Part shown: positions 1 to 9,912 of the stretch, one piece after another
Layout of the letters: each line of letters begins with the position of its first letter
How positions within the stretch are numbered: the first letter of the stretch is position 1
Source: a virus
Lineage: Duplodnaviria; Caudoviricetes
Virus record (IMG/VR): IMGVR_UViG_3300033074_000206
Coordinates: 47,436 to 111,435 of that record
Strand: one strand, 5' to 3'
Length of the DNA stretch: 64,000 bases
Position numbers and translations under genes: made by a program
Notes under the pieces: generated by a model
What the model was told of the DNA's origin: nothing
Database searches by the model: none
Seen by the model: only the letters and a program-made list of their open reading frames with translations

Positions 1-102
1 CTCTGTACTCGCGGTATTCGTCGTAACAACAGATGTCCCATCAGAGAAATTTATGGACAGAGTATCTATATCTTTAGAACATTCTATAATTAATTTAAAC
101 AT
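1..102 (-). CDS. Hypothetical protein, runs off window edge
   Basis: ATG at 102 abutting the previous stop; MFKLIIECSKDIDTLSINFSDGT... Confidence 0.5.
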   Translation of the reverse strand, partial: MFKLIIECSKDIDTLSINFSDGTSVVTTNTASTE

Positions 103-354
103 CTAGAATGTTTCCTCGACCATCGAAGAATCTATCTTAGGTTTTCTCTTAGTTATATCTATTTCAGGGATAGATACATTATTTACCGAAGCATCGTTGT
201 TCGTATGTTGTATCGGGGTTTGATGTACAATAGTATGGGTTTTAGAAGTAATAGAACTCGTTTCTGATATTCCGCCACAATCGTCGAATTCGATTTTAAA
301 ATCGATGCTCTTTATCTTTTGACCTTGCGGAATATTCGTTATTTGTATATTCAT
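103..354 (-). CDS. Hypothetical protein
   Basis: ORF with AGGAGG RBS. Confidence 0.6.
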   Translation of the reverse strand: MNIQITNIPQGQKIKSIDFKIEFDDCGGISETSSITSKTHTIVHQTPIQHTNNDASVNNVSIPEIDITKRKPKIDSSMVEETF

Positions 355-413
355 AAATAGTCTCCCTCCTTTAATTTATTTTTATAGATAATTATATTAT
401 AAAAGATATTAAT

Positions 414-1619
414 TTAATCCGTTTTTATATATTTTACATTTTTCTTTCTACTTTTAAACACTGATTCCGACCCATTTTTGCATATTAGAAATATCACAGT
501 CTTTCTAGTATTCTCGAATTCGCGAACATCCAAATCGCTCAAATAACCGTCGGTACTAACAATTATAGTATCATATTTTATATTGCATTCAGCAGCCTTT
601 TCTAAACCTCTATATAATAATGTTCCTCCATTTCTTTTCCTCTCGATTAATGTTGTTCTTTTAGTTAATATTTCTGGTTCTGATGCCTCGTAATCAACTT
701 GTATTGAAATGACCTCAATATTATATTCTGAACACAACGATATAATTTCGGAATTAAGTTTCTTAAATTCTGAATTCTTAACAGAACCACTCGAGTCTAT
801 GATATATAATATTTTTGAAGTTTTTCCTCTGACTTTACCCTTTAAATCCATTCTTTCGGGGTATCTCCTATTCGGTTTAAATATAGATCTCCTAAATAGA
901 TTGTTTTTTACAAAAGATTTTAGATATTTTTTCCAATTTACTTTGGCTTGGGTTTTATGTATTAGTAACCATTTGGAGTACATCGCAGGAATATCTCCTG
1001 TTACTCTTAGAGTTGTTTCTTTAGCTTCTTCCAACATGCTTGATGTTACTATTTTTTGAGTATCAGATTCATCTTCAGTATATATCCAAGTTTCGTGAGC
1101 GTCTATATTATCAGTATTATCCGAATCGTCCGTCTCAGAAATATTGGAGTTGTCGTTTATAATTTGTTTGGAATTCAATAAATTATAATAATATTCTGCT
1201 GGTTCTAATCTCTTGATTTTAGATTTTAATTTAGTTTCTAAGTATTCTGGTGTTATACAATTTTTAGGTAAATGGTTCTGGTCTATTAATTGATTTATAG
1301 CGCAATCGGTAGCAATGTTGAAATTTTCGTGTTCTCTATCTTCCTTTCTGTAAGATAGATGTCCGTTGATGATGTGAAGCATCTCGTGTTTTAGTATGGC
1401 TAGTCTTTCCTCTAAAGAGTAAACGCAGAACTTGTCGGGGTTTATATATAATTTATACGAAAGACTGTTATAGGATACCCCTGCTGGAGCACTCATCGTA
1501 GTATCAAATATTACAGTACATTGACTAACTAAACAAGCATAGAAAAGATAATCGTTCTCGTATTTAGAATTACTGAACATATTTTGAATAGTTGAGTTAA
1601 ACGTTTCTTGTGCGTTCAT
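414..1619 (-). CDS. Putative metallopeptidase / VWA-like domain protein (DUF2201-like)
   Basis: HEMLH (HExxH), NIATDCAIN, C-terminal IDSSGS MIDAS, GGT and TDG motifs. Confidence 0.8.
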   Translation of the reverse strand: MNAQETFNSTIQNMFSNSKYENDYLFYACLVSQCTVIFDTTMSAPAGVSYNSLSYKLYINPDKFCVYSLEERLAILKHEMLHIINGHLSYRKEDREHENFNIATDCAINQLIDQNHLPKNCITPEYLETKLKSKIKRLEPAEYYYNLLNSKQIINDNSNISETDDSDNTDNIDAHETWIYTEDESDTQKIVTSSMLEEAKETTLRVTGDIPAMYSKWLLIHKTQAKVNWKKYLKSFVKNNLFRRSIFKPNRRYPERMDLKGKVRGKTSKILYIIDSSGSVKNSEFKKLNSEIISLCSEYNIEVISIQVDYEASEPEILTKRTTLIERKRNGGTLLYRGLEKAAECNIKYDTIIVSTDGYLSDLDVREFENTRKTVIFLICKNGSESVFKSRKKNVKYIKTD

Positions 1620-1660
1620 AGGCGAATCCTTGTATATAAATAATTAAAAAAGGCAAAAAT

Positions 1661-1966
1661 ATGAAAAAGATAAAATTATGTTTTAAAACGTCAGATTATG
1701 AATCACAAAACATAAAAGACACAATATTTATTATTCTTGATAGCAGTAGAGGGTATTACGGCATCAAGTTCTGTATAGATGACAAGTCGACTAAATATGG
1801 TAAAGTAACTTGCTTTAATTCTGGGATTGATTATGATTCAAATTATTTCGAAAGAACATTTTATAATCTATGTTTTTATCACAGACACCCTAGTTGGAAA
1901 AAGGAATATAAATCTAGAATATTTCATTTTCATAAATATTCAGTAAAGTGTCCTATAGATGTATAA
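1661..1966 (+). CDS. Hypothetical protein
   Basis: ORF, first gene of a + strand cluster. Confidence 0.5.
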   Translation: MKKIKLCFKTSDYESQNIKDTIFIILDSSRGYYGIKFCIDDKSTKYGKVTCFNSGIDYDSNYFERTFYNLCFYHRHPSWKKEYKSRIFHFHKYSVKCPIDV

Positions 1967-2183
1967 GAAATCTAAAAATATTAAACTCCAGTTAAGACAC
2001 CTAAACGAAGTATACCCCGTTTTCGAGCATTACTCAAAATCGCAAAATGTGTCTGAAGAAAATAAATTAGATTTTATAAATCTAATGCTTAAGAACTATA
2101 TATTGTCAGATAGAATCATAACAGATGAACAGATAAGAGAAATAAAGGAAAAGAATGGCAAAATATACAACAGAAACTTATAA
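1959..2183 (+). CDS. Hypothetical protein
   Basis: ORF overlapping both neighbours. Confidence 0.45.
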   Translation: MYKKSKNIKLQLRHLNEVYPVFEHYSKSQNVSEENKLDFINLMLKNYILSDRIITDEQIREIKEKNGKIYNRNL

Positions 2184-3336
2184 AGAGCGAGTAATAAATA
2201 AATTTGGTAATAGATTTGATTTATCTCAACTAATATACATAAATTCTTATCATAAAGTATCAATAATATGTAAAGAGCATAATGAAAAATTCGGCGTAGA
2301 TCCAATTACATTTATAAGATCAAATTCTACAGGTAATTATTGTCCTAAATGTAAAGGTAGTAATTCAAAATTAACACATGAAATGTTTATGTCTAAAATA
2401 AAAAAATATGAAAATATATATGATTTATCTAAAGTTATTTTTTCCACTACAAGAAATTCTATTGAACTTAGATGTTTAAAACATGATGTATCATTTAATA
2501 TTGCTGCTAGATTTTTAAGTTGTAATGGAATAGAAACTCATTGTCCTATGTGTAAAATTGAAAATAATAATGGATTAAGTACTTATGGTAATATTAAGGA
2601 TTCCGAAGATGCTATTTTTTATAAAATATTAATGACGCATAAAGAATCGGGAATGAAATTTATAAAAATTGGAATTACAGCAAAATCAACCAAACATAGA
2701 TACAAATCATATTTAAAAAATTTTGATATAGAAGTATTGGAAGAAATAGTTGATGATGGAACAACAATTATGAAAATTGAATCTGACTATAAGAAAAATA
2801 ATAAGCATAAAAGATTTTATTTACCAGAAACTATTGAATTTAATGGTAAAACAGAATGCTTTTTATTAGATGATGAATATCAAATGAAAGCAAAAGAAGT
2901 AAAATTTATTAGAGATAATTTATTAGAACATCAAAATGGTATATGTCCATTATGTAATAATGAAGTAAATATGCCAACATTAGACCACGCCCATTCAAAA
3001 TATCATAACGGTGATGGATATATTAGAGGTGTTTTATGCAATACATGTAATAGATTTATTGGATTAATAGAAAATCACGCAATAAGAAATAATATATCAT
3101 TTTCTGAATTACCAACCGTATTAAGAGAAATCGCTAAATATACAACAAAAATAAATGTTGGATTAATCCATCCAAATGAAAAACAACAGGAGTCTTTGGT
3201 TTCTAAGAAGAACTACAATAAACTTAAGAAACTTTATACTGGTAAAGCTAAATTTCCGGAATATCCGAGTTCGAAGAAATTAACAAAACCTCTTGAGAAG
3301 TTATTTAAGGAATACGAGATAGAACCGTTTAATTAG
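2155..3336 (+). CDS. Recombination endonuclease VII-like domain fused to homing-endonuclease-like N-terminus
   Basis: C-terminal CPLC...LDHAH...IRGVLCNTCN (EndoVII); N-terminal C..H...CP.C repeats and KIGIT...R (GIY-YIG/T5orf172-like). Confidence 0.75.
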   Translation: MAKYTTETYKERVINKFGNRFDLSQLIYINSYHKVSIICKEHNEKFGVDPITFIRSNSTGNYCPKCKGSNSKLTHEMFMSKIKKYENIYDLSKVIFSTTRNSIELRCLKHDVSFNIAARFLSCNGIETHCPMCKIENNNGLSTYGNIKDSEDAIFYKILMTHKESGMKFIKIGITAKSTKHRYKSYLKNFDIEVLEEIVDDGTTIMKIESDYKKNNKHKRFYLPETIEFNGKTECFLLDDEYQMKAKEVKFIRDNLLEHQNGICPLCNNEVNMPTLDHAHSKYHNGDGYIRGVLCNTCNRFIGLIENHAIRNNISFSELPTVLREIAKYTTKINVGLIHPNEKQQESLVSKKNYNKLKKLYTGKAKFPEYPSSKKLTKPLEKLFKEYEIEPFN

Positions 3337-3347
3337 TTCTATCTTCT

Positions 3348-3686
3348 TTAAATAAGTTTATTTTCTTTCCAATATTCTAGCATTGATTCATAAACAGAAT
3401 GATCTCCAATTGATTTTAAGTGAATAACTTTTAATGTATCATCTACATAATATATTACTCTATCTCGATTAGAATTTAAACCAGTACTTATAGACCAATA
3501 TCCTTTCATATTACCTTTTAGTGGATGAGCACTTAATGGCGCATAGTTTCTTGGCGAATTCTTCAGTGCAGATATTACTTCTTTCTTTAATTCTTTAAAG
3601 TTTTTCAAATGCTTGTATTTATCATTATATTTCTTCATTTGTGTTAAAAATCCAGGAAATGATTTATATACTAATTTATAACTCAT
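3348..3686 (-). CDS. RelE/YoeB/YafQ-family mRNA interferase toxin
   Basis: HPLKGNMKGYWSI...DRVIY...SIGDH.VY, basic, 112 aa. Confidence 0.8.
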   Translation of the reverse strand: MSYKLVYKSFPGFLTQMKKYNDKYKHLKNFKELKKEVISALKNSPRNYAPLSAHPLKGNMKGYWSISTGLNSNRDRVIYYVDDTLKVIHLKSIGDHSVYESMLEYWKENKLI

Positions 3687-3889
3687 AAATCTAAATCTCT
3701 TTTCATATTTTTTTCACAGTATTCTGCCATTTTTAAAAAATATTCTTTATTATTATGAGTGAAAGATATAAAATCTTCAATATATTCAAAATCATCTCCA
3801 GTTATTAAATCTAATTCTTCATCAGATAATTTAGATTCATTTATCCTATTTGATTTAATTAATTCTAATAGTTCTTCTCTTGTTTTCAT
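3683..3889 (-). CDS. Putative antitoxin
   Basis: Small acidic ORF overlapping the toxin start by 4 nt (ATGA coupling). Confidence 0.55.
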   Translation of the reverse strand: MKTREELLELIKSNRINESKLSDEELDLITGDDFEYIEDFISFTHNNKEYFLKMAEYCEKNMKRDLDL

Positions 3890-3953
3890 TTTTATTTCCT
3901 TTATTTATTTTTATATGTAATTATATAATAAAGAACCTTAAAATATATTTAAA

Positions 3954-4493
3954 TTACAATAACTCTAAAATAATACCTTTATGATAAAGATTTAATTTCT
4001 CTTTTATTTGTTTTTCAAGCAATAGTAAATCCCGAGATTCTAACTCTGCGTCAGTTTCAATAGTTATAATTTGAAATGTATTATCAAAATCTTTAAATTC
4101 AGAAGATTTAATACTAATTATATCTATTTGATTTTTAAATAATTCTTTTGTGATTTCATGTATCGTTAATTCCTTTAAATCCTCAGGAAAATATCTTCTC
4201 AGATATCTATAACTCATTTCTCTCGTTTCTCTATACGCTAGAATCTTTTTATAACCTAACAAAAAAGTGCATAAAAATCTAGGTGTGCCGCATTTATTAT
4301 CGAAGTAATCTCTGGTAATAAATCGTTGATATATTTTATTATTCATAGAATCTTTATAAAATATAAGTACTTGATTATAATAAATCTTATATTTTATTAA
4401 TTTAAAAATTTTTGCATTTAAGATAATATGAGTTTTAATAGATTTAACGACAAACTGTTTACTATCCATCTTTATAATTTCAGAATAAATCAC
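3954..4493 (-). CDS. Hypothetical protein
   Basis: ORF in tightly packed cluster. Confidence 0.5.
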   Translation of the reverse strand: MIYSEIIKMDSKQFVVKSIKTHIILNAKIFKLIKYKIYYNQVLIFYKDSMNNKIYQRFITRDYFDNKCGTPRFLCTFLLGYKKILAYRETREMSYRYLRRYFPEDLKELTIHEITKELFKNQIDIISIKSSEFKDFDNTFQIITIETDAELESRDLLLLEKQIKEKLNLYHKGIILELL

Positions 4494-4498
4494 AATTA

Positions 4499-4741
4499 CT
4501 ATCCTACTCTGTAGAAAATACGATAAAAATAATACATTCTGTGCGATTCAGTCCATACGGAGTTGTTTGATTCTAATATTCTTCCTTTACCTAAATAAAT
4601 TGAATTTCTTGGAAGAAATCTAGGTTGACTCGCAGAACACATATTAAATTCGTAACATTCGTTGTTTATTTTGCATAATCTAGTGTTCGGTTTCATCTTC
4701 GTTCCATCCCAAAAGGTAACGATTTCATATACGGTTCGCAT
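4499..4741 (-). CDS. Hypothetical protein
   Basis: ORF. Confidence 0.4.
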   Translation of the reverse strand: MRTVYEIVTFWDGTKMKPNTRLCKINNECYEFNMCSASQPRFLPRNSIYLGKGRILESNNSVWTESHRMYYFYRIFYRVG

Positions 4742-4968
4742 AAATCGTAATATTCTAACGTATACGATAAATTTCCGTATCTCCCGATATGTGGACTAAT
4801 ATCCAATTCAATATCGCCGACATTAGCGAACCAACACCATTCTCCGTCTTTGGGCATCCATTTTTCCCAGATATTAGAATCAAGAGTATTTGTATCTGCA
4901 TTATTTTTTACAATATTACCTGAAATTTTGTTTCTTAAGAAAGAACCTTTTACGTATTTGTATGTCAT
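4693..4968 (-). CDS. Hypothetical protein
   Basis: ORF with W.PKDGEWCWF motif. Confidence 0.55.
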   Translation of the reverse strand: MTYKYVKGSFLRNKISGNIVKNNADTNTLDSNIWEKWMPKDGEWCWFANVGDIELDISPHIGRYGNLSYTLEYYDLCEPYMKSLPFGMERR

Positions 4969-5339
4969 TCGATATTCTCCACGATTAATTTATATTCTTG
5001 AACGATTTTATCTAGATCGTTGAATGCTTCTCGTACAGCATCATTACAACGTTGTAAATCTTTACCAAGTTCAGATATATCGTCAAAGAAGTCATCTCTT
5101 GGTTTAACTTCTTGAACCGATTTTAACATACCAACCCATTCCGATAAACTACACAAACAATCGCAAATCTCTGTTTGTAATTTATCTGATGAATCATCAG
5201 AATGATTTAATCTAAATAATCTGTCGAGTTTCCTATATATTATAAATTTCATAAAATTAATTTCCATACAAGTTTTAAGAAAAATTAACGTATTGGTATT
5301 GTTTGTGCTTCGTCTAATTTCATCCTCTAAATAGCTCAT
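4965..5339 (-). CDS. Hypothetical protein
   Basis: ORF, translationally coupled. Confidence 0.55.
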   Translation of the reverse strand: MSYLEDEIRRSTNNTNTLIFLKTCMEINFMKFIIYRKLDRLFRLNHSDDSSDKLQTEICDCLCSLSEWVGMLKSVQEVKPRDDFFDDISELGKDLQRCNDAVREAFNDLDKIVQEYKLIVENIE

Positions 5340-5342
5340 CTT

Positions 5343-5651
5343 TTATTCCTTTTGCTCTGAATTAGGTACAATTTGTAAAAGTTTTTCAATACTATAAATA
5401 TGAACTCTAGGATCTTCTATCCCTTGAATTGCAGATATTTTATGGATTCCGGCACTCGGTGACGCGTTAATCCACATACCATTCTTGATATTTTCTTCTG
5501 GAGTTCTTTTATGATGTTCGCTTGGAACAAAATAAGGTTGCTTTTTCCAAGCAGTCGCAGTAACATCAAACGTTAAATATTCATAACCTTGTTTCAGTAA
5601 TCTTTTTAATTCTCTTCGGTTGAATAATATATCTTGATTTGATTTAGTCAT
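5343..5651 (-). CDS. Hypothetical protein
   Basis: ORF with GGA RBS. Confidence 0.55.
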   Translation of the reverse strand: MTKSNQDILFNRRELKRLLKQGYEYLTFDVTATAWKKQPYFVPSEHHKRTPEENIKNGMWINASPSAGIHKISAIQGIEDPRVHIYSIEKLLQIVPNSEQKE

Positions 5652-5795
5652 ATTATTTCCATTTCATCAAGATCGTAATAGAAGAATTCAACATCATTTA
5701 TTAATTTATAACAGTATTTTAATTCTAATGCCATATTATTCCTTTTTATTTCATAAGTTTATTATAATATGAAGAACCTTAATTTTTAATTAAAT

Positions 5796-6020
5796 TTAAA
5801 CAAAATCTGATTTTAAATTTAAGAAATTAAAAATTGCGGGCAATAAATGGTAACCGAACTCATCGAAAGAACATCCTAACGGCTCATCATTTTCATCATA
5901 GCCAAAGAAAATGTAAACATCATCATTATCTATTTGAATTTCAAATTCATCCAGCAACTTATCGCTATCTTTCAGATCAATTAAATATTTCAATTTATCT
6001 TGGTCGTTTAATTTATTCAA
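5796..6020 (-). CDS. Hypothetical acidic protein
   Basis: ORF. Confidence 0.5.
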   Translation of the reverse strand: MNKLNDQDKLKYLIDLKDSDKLLDEFEIQIDNDDVYIFFGYDENDEPLGCSFDEFGYHLLPAIFNFLNLKSDFV

Positions 6021-6064
6021 TTGTTTTTACGTATTCAGCGTGATCGGCGTACTTATAGTATTTA

Positions 6065-6367
6065 TTACCAATCATCGTTTACTCTTTTTGTAGAACTGTA
6101 ATTATGTATCTCTAAATCCTTCTCGATTATACCTTTGAAATATTCGTCTGTACTAATTGCATCGCCGATTAATTCGATATCCATCGAATTTCTCATACTA
6201 TATTCTAAAATCAAATCCATGATACTAGTTTCCCTATCTTTTTCTTTTTTATCTATTATGTATTTAAGTAAAGAATTTACTAAAATTGGGTATTCTATAG
6301 ATTCTTGTTCTGCTTTTCTCTCTATGATGGATTGTAATTCATCATATTCTTCTTGATCTATAATCAA
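6065..6367 (-). CDS. gp33: Late transcription co-activator, gp33-like
   Basis: Acidic 100 aa, SIMDLILEY...DIE...I pattern, adjacent to gp55. Confidence 0.5.
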   Translation of the reverse strand: MIIDQEEYDELQSIIERKAEQESIEYPILVNSLLKYIIDKKEKDRETSIMDLILEYSMRNSMDIELIGDAISTDEYFKGIIEKDLEIHNYSSTKRVNDDW

Positions 6368-6368
6368 G

Positions 6369-7457
6369 TTATCTCCTTTGTATTTGAATGTTTATATTTA
6401 GAATCGAATTTAATTCTTTTAATTTTTCATACTCTTCTAGCGAAATTTTATATTCAGCGGGATATATAAATTTTATACTAGAATAACTTTCTAATCTATC
6501 GATATCGTCAGCAACTAGCAGTATATCATCGTAGAGAGTTTTTTGAATTTTATCGACTGTTATAGTTTTTGAGATGTCTTCTTTATATAAGGACGATTCA
6601 TTTGTTAATGTTTTCACAGCATCGTTATACCCGTTAAAGTAATTTTGCATCAGCTGTGTTTCTGCACTTTGCGTATTAATTATATGTATTATACTATTAT
6701 GAACATATTGACTAATATAACTAAATGCATTTGCTTCTTGTCCTGATCTAGACGATATCATCTTATGATTAAAATTTCTCAAATATCTAAAAATTTTATT
6801 AGTGCTATCTGAATAGAATTCGTCTCTATAAGAATAACCACTGAATTTAGGTTTTTTTAATATATTTTTTATAATAAGTAGAACCATCTCTCCGAATCTC
6901 TCGTAAGAAGCTCTATCTATAATTGTTCTATATGAGATTTTCATTATTTTTTCTCTTAGAATTCTCTTGTATTTTTGAGGATTAACATTAGATCCGATGA
7001 TATGTTTTTTCATATATTTGTCTAATCTAGAGTAATCGGACTTTCTACTATTTATCCCGCGAGCCCTATCCACCATCTCTACTGTTACTGAGTGCATTTT
7101 TTCCAACAATACGTTGAATTTATCCAAGTTGTATCCGCAATCGTGAATCAACGACACTAAATTTTTCATATCTTCGTCTGGTAATAACAATAATTGCGAA
7201 GACTTGCATGTTAATAGATCCAAGTATATTTTCTTTATTTTACCAACTAACGCGGGTATTAACCTATTTGATTTTTCGTATTCTATCGATTTGTATTTTA
7301 GTATATATTTGTCTAATCTTTTAAATTTATTAGACATTGTTTCTACGAATAATCTATTATTTATTCTTAAAATTAATGATCTCAATTCGGTTTCGTTGAT
7401 GTATTGTGTTTTTGACTCTGCTTTTGATTTAGCCGAGCGTTTTTCTTTTTCTATCAA
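6369..7457 (-). CDS. gp55: Late sigma factor, T4 gp55-like (enlarged)
   Basis: YINETEL; GEM..LI...I..KPKFSGYSYRDEF.SD...Y..NF...NAFSY..Q...N motifs. Confidence 0.85.
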   Translation of the reverse strand: MIEKEKRSAKSKAESKTQYINETELRSLILRINNRLFVETMSNKFKRLDKYILKYKSIEYEKSNRLIPALVGKIKKIYLDLLTCKSSQLLLLPDEDMKNLVSLIHDCGYNLDKFNVLLEKMHSVTVEMVDRARGINSRKSDYSRLDKYMKKHIIGSNVNPQKYKRILREKIMKISYRTIIDRASYERFGEMVLLIIKNILKKPKFSGYSYRDEFYSDSTNKIFRYLRNFNHKMISSRSGQEANAFSYISQYVHNSIIHIINTQSAETQLMQNYFNGYNDAVKTLTNESSLYKEDISKTITVDKIQKTLYDDILLVADDIDRLESYSSIKFIYPAEYKISLEEYEKLKELNSILNINIQIQRR

Positions 7458-7589
7458 AAAATCTCCTTATTATTTAATATAAGATAATTATAATATAATG
7501 GATATTAATTAAAACAACGATATCAACACTAATGAGATGGAACGTTCGACGTTTATCGTAATATATAAATAAATTAAAAAGGAAGAACA

Positions 7590-8066
7590 TTGAATTATAA
7601 TAATTTAGCTCAAAAAACAAATTGGACTGCAGGGTCTGATAAATTTCCACTATTACAATTTTATTTAACAAACATTAGTATACCTGGATTGAATTTCAAT
7701 TATCCTGAAACTGGCGGGCGATTCGGTGCAAGAATAAATCTACCAGCCGATACGGTTTCGTATAATTCTTTAAATTTTGATTTTTTAATAGATGAGGATT
7801 TTGAGATCTATAAAACCTTTTATAAATATTTCATTGAGAGCGTGAGTGCCAAAAAAGGGACGTTCGCCGATATTATATTCAATCTTTGGGTTGAATTGAA
7901 TAATTCTAAAAGTAATAAAATATTAAAATTTGAATTTTATAATTGTAGAATAGAGACTATCGGCGATATCGAATTAGACACAACTTCAGATGAAACCGAA
8001 TCTGTTATGAATTTGAGTATTAAATTCGATTACTTTGAGTTAATCGAGGATAAGTTTCCGGGCTAG
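7590..8066 (+). CDS. gp3: Tail tube terminator / tail completion protein, gp3-like
   Basis: N.A..TN, F.L..ISIPG, FLIDEDF..Y, FDYF motifs; late promoter upstream. Confidence 0.75.
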   Translation: MNYNNLAQKTNWTAGSDKFPLLQFYLTNISIPGLNFNYPETGGRFGARINLPADTVSYNSLNFDFLIDEDFEIYKTFYKYFIESVSAKKGTFADIIFNLWVELNNSKSNKILKFEFYNCRIETIGDIELDTTSDETESVMNLSIKFDYFELIEDKFPG

Positions 8067-8081
8067 ATGCCCGGAAACTTA
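8051..8081. terminator. Hairpin between convergent genes
   Basis: TAAGTTTCCGGGC-TAGAT-GCCCGGAAACTTA perfect 13-bp stem. Confidence 0.7.
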
Positions 8082-8270
8082 TGATCTGTATGTGTTATCG
8101 CCAAAAGTCTGATGTCCGTTTGGCGTGTAGTTTCTTGAAGTTTTCTCTCCGCAATTATCGCAAATCGGTAATTTATCTTCAGAGTATTCTGAAATTGGAA
8201 TTCTCGTTTCTTTCTTGATATCTTTTTCTTTACACTCTATATTTGTGCATTTATATTCATATGTTGCCAT
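8079..8270 (-). CDS. FmdB-like zinc-ribbon protein
   Basis: MATYEYKC...C...P.CDNCG; start at MATYEY follows AAGGA RBS. Confidence 0.7.
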   Translation of the reverse strand: MATYEYKCTNIECKEKDIKKETRIPISEYSEDKLPICDNCGEKTSRNYTPNGHQTFGDNTYRS

Positions 8271-8341
8271 TATTTTCCTTTTAATTAAATTGTTTTCTAT
8301 TCGCATATATTGTCGCGACAAATAGTTTTGGTGTATTTGTA

Positions 8342-8869
8342 TTAATAAATAACTAAATATTTTTTATCATTTATCTTGTATGAGTATTTTATAACGTTTT
8401 CAGGTTGTAATTCTGAGAATTCTTGAGCATCACAAACATATATTAAATTATCAATATTGTTTGGCTGTTTAATTTTATCTATAAATTCTTGTTTATAAAC
8501 AATAAATTTCTTTCCTGCTATTGTTTCTATCTTTTCTGCAATAGTATCTAGGATTTCGCTATCTTTCATCGAGTATTCTGATTTGAAATAAGTTAACGGT
8601 ATTTTATTTTCGAGAGATGTTATTCTCTGGTCGAACATAGTATTTCGGATTTTTCTTGTTATCGTTAAGTCTGTTTTCGATAGTATCGGGCACCTTCCAA
8701 CTTTTATGATATTTTCTGATTTTAAATTACTGATATTTGCGATATGTATATTCAGAAGTTCGCAAATTTCGTTTCCTAGAACATGTTCTTTACCAAGATA
8801 TAGTCTGTGTACTGTATCTTGTTCTTTCATATTATATTTTATTTTTGACTCATTATTTTTTACTTGCAA
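8342..8869 (-). CDS. Hypothetical protein
   Basis: ORF with AAGGA RBS. Confidence 0.55.
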   Translation of the reverse strand: MQVKNNESKIKYNMKEQDTVHRLYLGKEHVLGNEICELLNIHIANISNLKSENIIKVGRCPILSKTDLTITRKIRNTMFDQRITSLENKIPLTYFKSEYSMKDSEILDTIAEKIETIAGKKFIVYKQEFIDKIKQPNNIDNLIYVCDAQEFSELQPENVIKYSYKINDKKYLVIY

Positions 8870-9060
8870 TATATTCCTTTGTATTTTAGATTTGTATAGA
8901 TTAACAGTAGTAAGATAATTTGATTTTTTGTTTTTGAAGGAGCTCCAGAAATTCTGGAGCCAGAATCGAGTTACGATGTAATTTTTGTATTTAGAATTAT
9001 ATAATGTTTTATATTAAATTTACCTTAAATTTAGAAGTTAATTCTAATGCGTCTGAAGCC

Positions 9061-9271
9061 TTAAAGATGCCTTAAAGTTAAAATAAAAATTTATTTTTAA
9101 TAACAGAGCTTTTAATCTATAAACGAAGTTTAACATATTAAAGATGCCTTAAAGTTAAAATAAAAATTTATTTTTAAATAACAGAGCTTTTAATCTATAA
9201 ACGAAGTTTAAAATATTAAAGATACCTTAAAGTTAAAATAAAAATTTATTTTTAAATAACAGAGCTTTTAA
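9061..9271. repeat. Three tandem ~78-bp repeats containing the genome-wide CCTTAAA(G/C)TTAAAATAAAAATTTATTTTTA motif
   Basis: Core motif begins at about 9070, 9147 and 9225. Confidence 0.85.
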
Positions 9272-9284
9272 ATATTCGATTATT

Positions 9285-9890
9285 TTAAAAGACATTAAAA
9301 CATAAAAGAGGCGCTGTTAAAAATAGGAAATGTATAAATCCATAAATTAATTCTTGGTTTTCCCACCCTCTTGAAAGATTTAAATATCTAGAATGATATT
9401 CGAAATCCAATCTTTTACCAAGTTCTGCGGCAATAGGAAATCCAATAGATAACCCCATAAGAGTCACTGGTACGAACCAGAGAGGTATCAATTGTATCGA
9501 ATACAAGAAAGTTACTGGTAGAACCCACCAAAATAATCCTCTTATTGCTAGAGCGAGTCTGCAATAATTTTTATAATCATCTCGTTGTTCAATAAAAGTT
9601 TCTGCAATATAATGCACCCACGGAAAACTCTTTCCATCTGGATTATCGTAATCTTCAGGAGAGTCAGAATATGTTAAATATCCAACCCATTTACCCCAAC
9701 AAAAAGATTCACCTAATATATATAATCCAGCGAATAACAATCCGATTAGAATAGAAATATACGAATTATAATATAAAAAACTTAAAGAAAATATTAAAAT
9801 ACACCAGTAAATGGCGTAAATTATATTACCAGAGATTTTCCAGAATATTTTTCCTGTTCCTCTCCATCTATTTAGTATTGGTTCTAACAT
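9285..9890 (-). CDS. Membrane protein
   Basis: Several hydrophobic segments. Confidence 0.6.
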   Translation of the reverse strand: MLEPILNRWRGTGKIFWKISGNIIYAIYWCILIFSLSFLYYNSYISILIGLLFAGLYILGESFCWGKWVGYLTYSDSPEDYDNPDGKSFPWVHYIAETFIEQRDDYKNYCRLALAIRGLFWWVLPVTFLYSIQLIPLWFVPVTLMGLSIGFPIAAELGKRLDFEYHSRYLNLSRGWENQELIYGFIHFLFLTAPLLCFNVF

Positions 9891-9912
9891 ACTTATTTCC
9901 TTTTTATTTTAT

